Of a stretch of 64,000 nucleotides of DNA, positions 61,834-64,000 are shown piece by piece. Below the pieces are notes generated by a model that saw only the letters and a program-made list of their open reading frames with translations, did not search any database and had not been told where the DNA came from. Position 1 is the stretch's first letter. The number at the start of each line of letters is the position of its first letter. The translations under genes and the position numbers were made by a program. Source of the DNA: an uncultured virus (IMG/VR IMGVR_UViG_3300046517_001084) (taxonomy: Duplodnaviria; Heunggongvirae; Uroviricota; Caudoviricetes); IMG/VR virus record IMGVR_UViG_3300046517_001084; one strand, given 5' to 3'.

Positions 61834-62122
61834 CGGATGCCTCCGGGATCTCGGCGAGGGCGAGGCATTCGGCGTCCGGGGGCCGCCAGCCGGCATCGAG
61901 AAGGCGGGCGATGATCCGCCGTGCGGTCTCCTTCGGGGTGCCTTCGCCGTAGCCGGGGAACGCCCGCGGGTTCGTGGCTCGCCCGGCGAGGACGGCGAGG
62001 AGCGCTTCGATGTGCGGGACGATCCAGTCTTCGGCGATCTCGATGCCGGTCTTGCCGTTGGCGTAACCGAACTGGGCGAGGCCGCAGATCACGGCGTCCA
62101 TGCGCGGGTCGTTGGCGTCCAT
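61826..62122 (-). CDS. Hypothetical protein
   Basis: ARRI...LLDAGW.PP; TGATG coupling. Confidence 0.55.
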   Translation of the reverse strand: MDANDPRMDAVICGLAQFGYANGKTGIEIAEDWIVPHIEALLAVLAGRATNPRAFPGYGEGTPKETARRIIARLLDAGWRPPDAECLALAEIPEASGE

Positions 62123-62859
62123 CACGCGGCTCCGAGGCGGCGGTCGTTGCCGCCGATCGCGACGACGGTGGTCGTCTGGGCGAGGCGGGAGGTGATGCGC
62201 TGGCCGAGCTGGTCGTGAAGGTCGGTCCCGCGCTTCTTGCCGTCCCTGTCCCGGGAGTCGACGGGAAGGTTGCTGGTGATGATCAACGGGCGGCATTCGT
62301 TGTACCGCTCGTTCAAGATCCGGTAGGTGGCTTCCTCCGTGAACTCGCTGATCTTCTCCGTGCCGAGATCGTCGATCAGCAGCAGCGGTATCCGCATCAA
62401 CCGCTTCACTTCGTACTCCGGTCCGCGGTCGCTGCCGCCGGGCCGGATCAGCGCGTACATGTCCGGCGCAGTCACGGCGATCAACTCGAACCGGTCCGGG
62501 CCAGCCTCAGCGATCCGACGCAGCGCCCCGTAAGCCTGGTGCGTCTTGCCGGTGCCGAACGACCCGGTCAGGAAGAGGATCCCGGCGGTGCGCGGGTCGG
62601 TGATGGCCCGGTCCGCCCAGGCAATCACCTGCTCGTTGCTGGCTACCGCATCCTGGTAGCGGTAGGGCGTGGCGGTCTTCCAGCGGTTCAGGGCGATCGT
62701 CGCGCGCTGGCGGCGGTGGTACTCGGGGTGGCCCGGTTCGTCCGGGGTGGGCGTGTCGTCGATGGGGCCGGCGGTGATGTGGCCGAGGCCGCGGGCCTCA
62801 AGCATCCGTTGCATGCGCTGCATGACGGCCTCACTCGCCAGAGGCTGGGGGTCGGGCAT
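62122..62859 (-). CDS. DnaC/IstB-like AAA+ helicase loader
   Basis: GSFGTGKT, LLLIDDLG.EK, RY....P.IITSNL, RI.SRL. Confidence 0.92.
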   Translation of the reverse strand: MPDPQPLASEAVMQRMQRMLEARGLGHITAGPIDDTPTPDEPGHPEYHRRQRATIALNRWKTATPYRYQDAVASNEQVIAWADRAITDPRTAGILFLTGSFGTGKTHQAYGALRRIAEAGPDRFELIAVTAPDMYALIRPGGSDRGPEYEVKRLMRIPLLLIDDLGTEKISEFTEEATYRILNERYNECRPLIITSNLPVDSRDRDGKKRGTDLHDQLGQRITSRLAQTTTVVAIGGNDRRLGAA

Positions 62860-63808
62860 GGCTGTGGAATCCGTTCTCGTAGACGGAGTGATCAGTTGGG
62901 GGTTCGAACGGGGTGTGGCCGCTCGACCGTTGGCGCGGCGCGGCGGGTGTTTCCCCGTTGCTCTCAGGTAGGGCGCGCCAGCCAGGGATGAAGTAGCTGC
63001 CGGAGCGGGGGCGGGACTTGGCTCCGTGCCACATCCCTTCGGCGTGATCGACGAGCACCGAGACGCCGGACTTCTGAATGAGCGCCTCGATGAGGAACCA
63101 CTCGGTGCTGTGGAGGTCCCAGCCGACGACCATCCCGGCGGACGTGAGCGCATCGACGAGCGGGCGAGATGCGTCGGGGATTCGAGGTCGATCGCCGATG
63201 CGGGGCAAGTCGGTCCCGCTAGCTAGCTCTTCTTCCGCAGGAAGAAGAGTGGGGTTGGGCTGGGCTGGGCTAGTTACGCGCGCGTTCTTCAGGGTGTAAC
63301 GGCGTGACGGATCGCCTTGACCTGCACCGCTATCCGGAAACCGGGGTTCGGTTGGGGTCTCACCTGAACCCCGGGTGGACCCCCGGTTGGGGTCCCGGTT
63401 GAGCCCCCAGTTGAGGTTTGATTCGGCTTCCGCCTCGGCCGCCGCGGCCTCCTCGGCGAGGCGTGCGCGGCGGCGGCGCTGCCTCTCGGCGCCTGCGTCG
63501 CGGGAGGCCTTCACTTCCGACTTGGAACGGTTGTATTCGAGGAAGTCGTGGATGATGTAGTCGCCTTTGTCGGGCTGTACGCAGCCTCCGCATGCGTGCC
63601 CTTCGCCGTGGAGCATCGAGAGGTCGGCCAGCTTGCGCAGTTGCGCTGCCGTCCCGTAGTCGCGTGCGACGGGGCCTGGGACGACACCTTCGGTGTTGTG
63701 TCGGGCCGAGTACGCACCGAGACGGCAGAACAGGCCAGCCGCCGCATTACCCGCCTTGCGGATCTTGGGGTGGTTGTCGAATCCGTCGTCGACTGCGAAC
63801 CAGGCCAT
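62831..63808 (-). CDS. Phage replication initiator (lambda O-like position)
   Basis: M.WF.VDD.F..HPK...A.GL..R.G.Y; Y.IHDFLEYN.S; upstream of the DnaC-like gene. Confidence 0.8.
   Translation of the reverse strand: MAWFAVDDGFDNHPKIRKAGNAAAGLFCRLGAYSARHNTEGVVPGPVARDYGTAAQLRKLADLSMLHGEGHACGGCVQPDKGDYIIHDFLEYNRSKSEVKASRDAGAERQRRRRARLAEEAAAAEAEAESNLNWGLNRDPNRGSTRGSGETPTEPRFPDSGAGQGDPSRRYTLKNARVTSPAQPNPTLLPAEEELASGTDLPRIGDRPRIPDASRPLVDALTSAGMVVGWDLHSTEWFLIEALIQKSGVSVLVDHAEGMWHGAKSRPRSGSYFIPGWRALPESNGETPAAPRQRSSGHTPFEPPTDHSVYENGFHSHARPPASGE
63370..63417. repeat. Four tandem imperfect 12-bp repeats, candidate origin iterons
   Basis: CCCGGGTGGACC CCCGGTTGGGGT CCCGGTTGAGCC CCCAGTTGAGGT inside the initiator gene. 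Confidence 0.55.
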
Positions 63809-63877
63809 CAGGGCTTCTCTCGTCGAGCAGGTTGATAAAGGGCGGCAGGTGCTCTGCGGCCTACGGCGGCCGGCTGC

Positions 63878-64000
63878 TCATCGGCTGGCCTTGCGGTTGA
63901 GGTAGGGCTTGTGGCGCTTGAGGAGCCGGTCCTCGAGCTGGTAGGCGTGCTCGCGGTCGTCACACGGGTGGGCTTGCCAGCGGACGAACCGCTTGCCGTT
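63878..64000 (-). CDS. C-terminal end of a probable GIY-YIG protein (truncated by the window edge)
   Basis: W.A..C..RE.A..LE..L.....P.LN. Confidence 0.55.
   Translation of the reverse strand, partial: NGKRFVRWQAHPCDDREHAYQLEDRLLKRHKPYLNRKASR

Larger units (their letters stand above)
1..64000. mobile_element. Temperate siphovirus (prophage or phage-plasmid), both ends outside the window
   Basis: Full head, tail, lysis and replication gene sets in canonical order on the minus strand; no host housekeeping genes seen. Confidence 0.95.

Overview
The whole window is part of one large, GC-rich actinobacterial (most likely Streptomyces) temperate siphovirus genome, either a prophage or a phage-plasmid. 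No host genes, att boundary, tRNA, rRNA or CRISPR array are visible. Almost all genes run on the minus strand. From right to left: replication initiator plus DnaC/IstB-like loader (62.1-63.8 kb); many small early genes, including two MazG-like proteins, an HNH and a LuxR-type HTH (54.3-62.1 kb); a GntR/UTRA (Kor-like) repressor heading a plasmid/AICE-type conjugation module with an Xis-like HTH, a RapZ-C-like protein, a DUF2637/Spd-like membrane protein, a TraB-like FtsK ATPase and an SpdD-like protein (42.9-52.2 kb); putative late regulators followed by six back-to-back hairpins (39.85-42.0 kb); an extra structural module with a 1037-aa repeat fibre protein followed by GT2, SAM methyltransferase and NDP-sugar epimerase genes (32.5-39.8 kb); packaging HNH, a GATC-rich putative pac/cos region, a PrimPol-like gene, terminase, portal and head genes, with two GT4 glycosyltransferases inside the head-tail module; tail genes with a GGGAAAG -1 frameshift and a tape measure ending in an SLT domain; a lysis cassette (papain-like peptidase, HNH, GH25 endolysin, holin); and a left accessory region with a lipoprotein and a short tyrosine recombinase next to a lox/dif-like palindrome. 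The main candidates for new biology are a phage with its own TraB-type conjugation and dimer-resolution kit, a five-enzyme virion glycosylation system, and a structured-RNA leader of the late operon. All product calls come from motif recognition by eye, not database searches. Many starts were trimmed from the supplied ORF track to the RBS-supported start.
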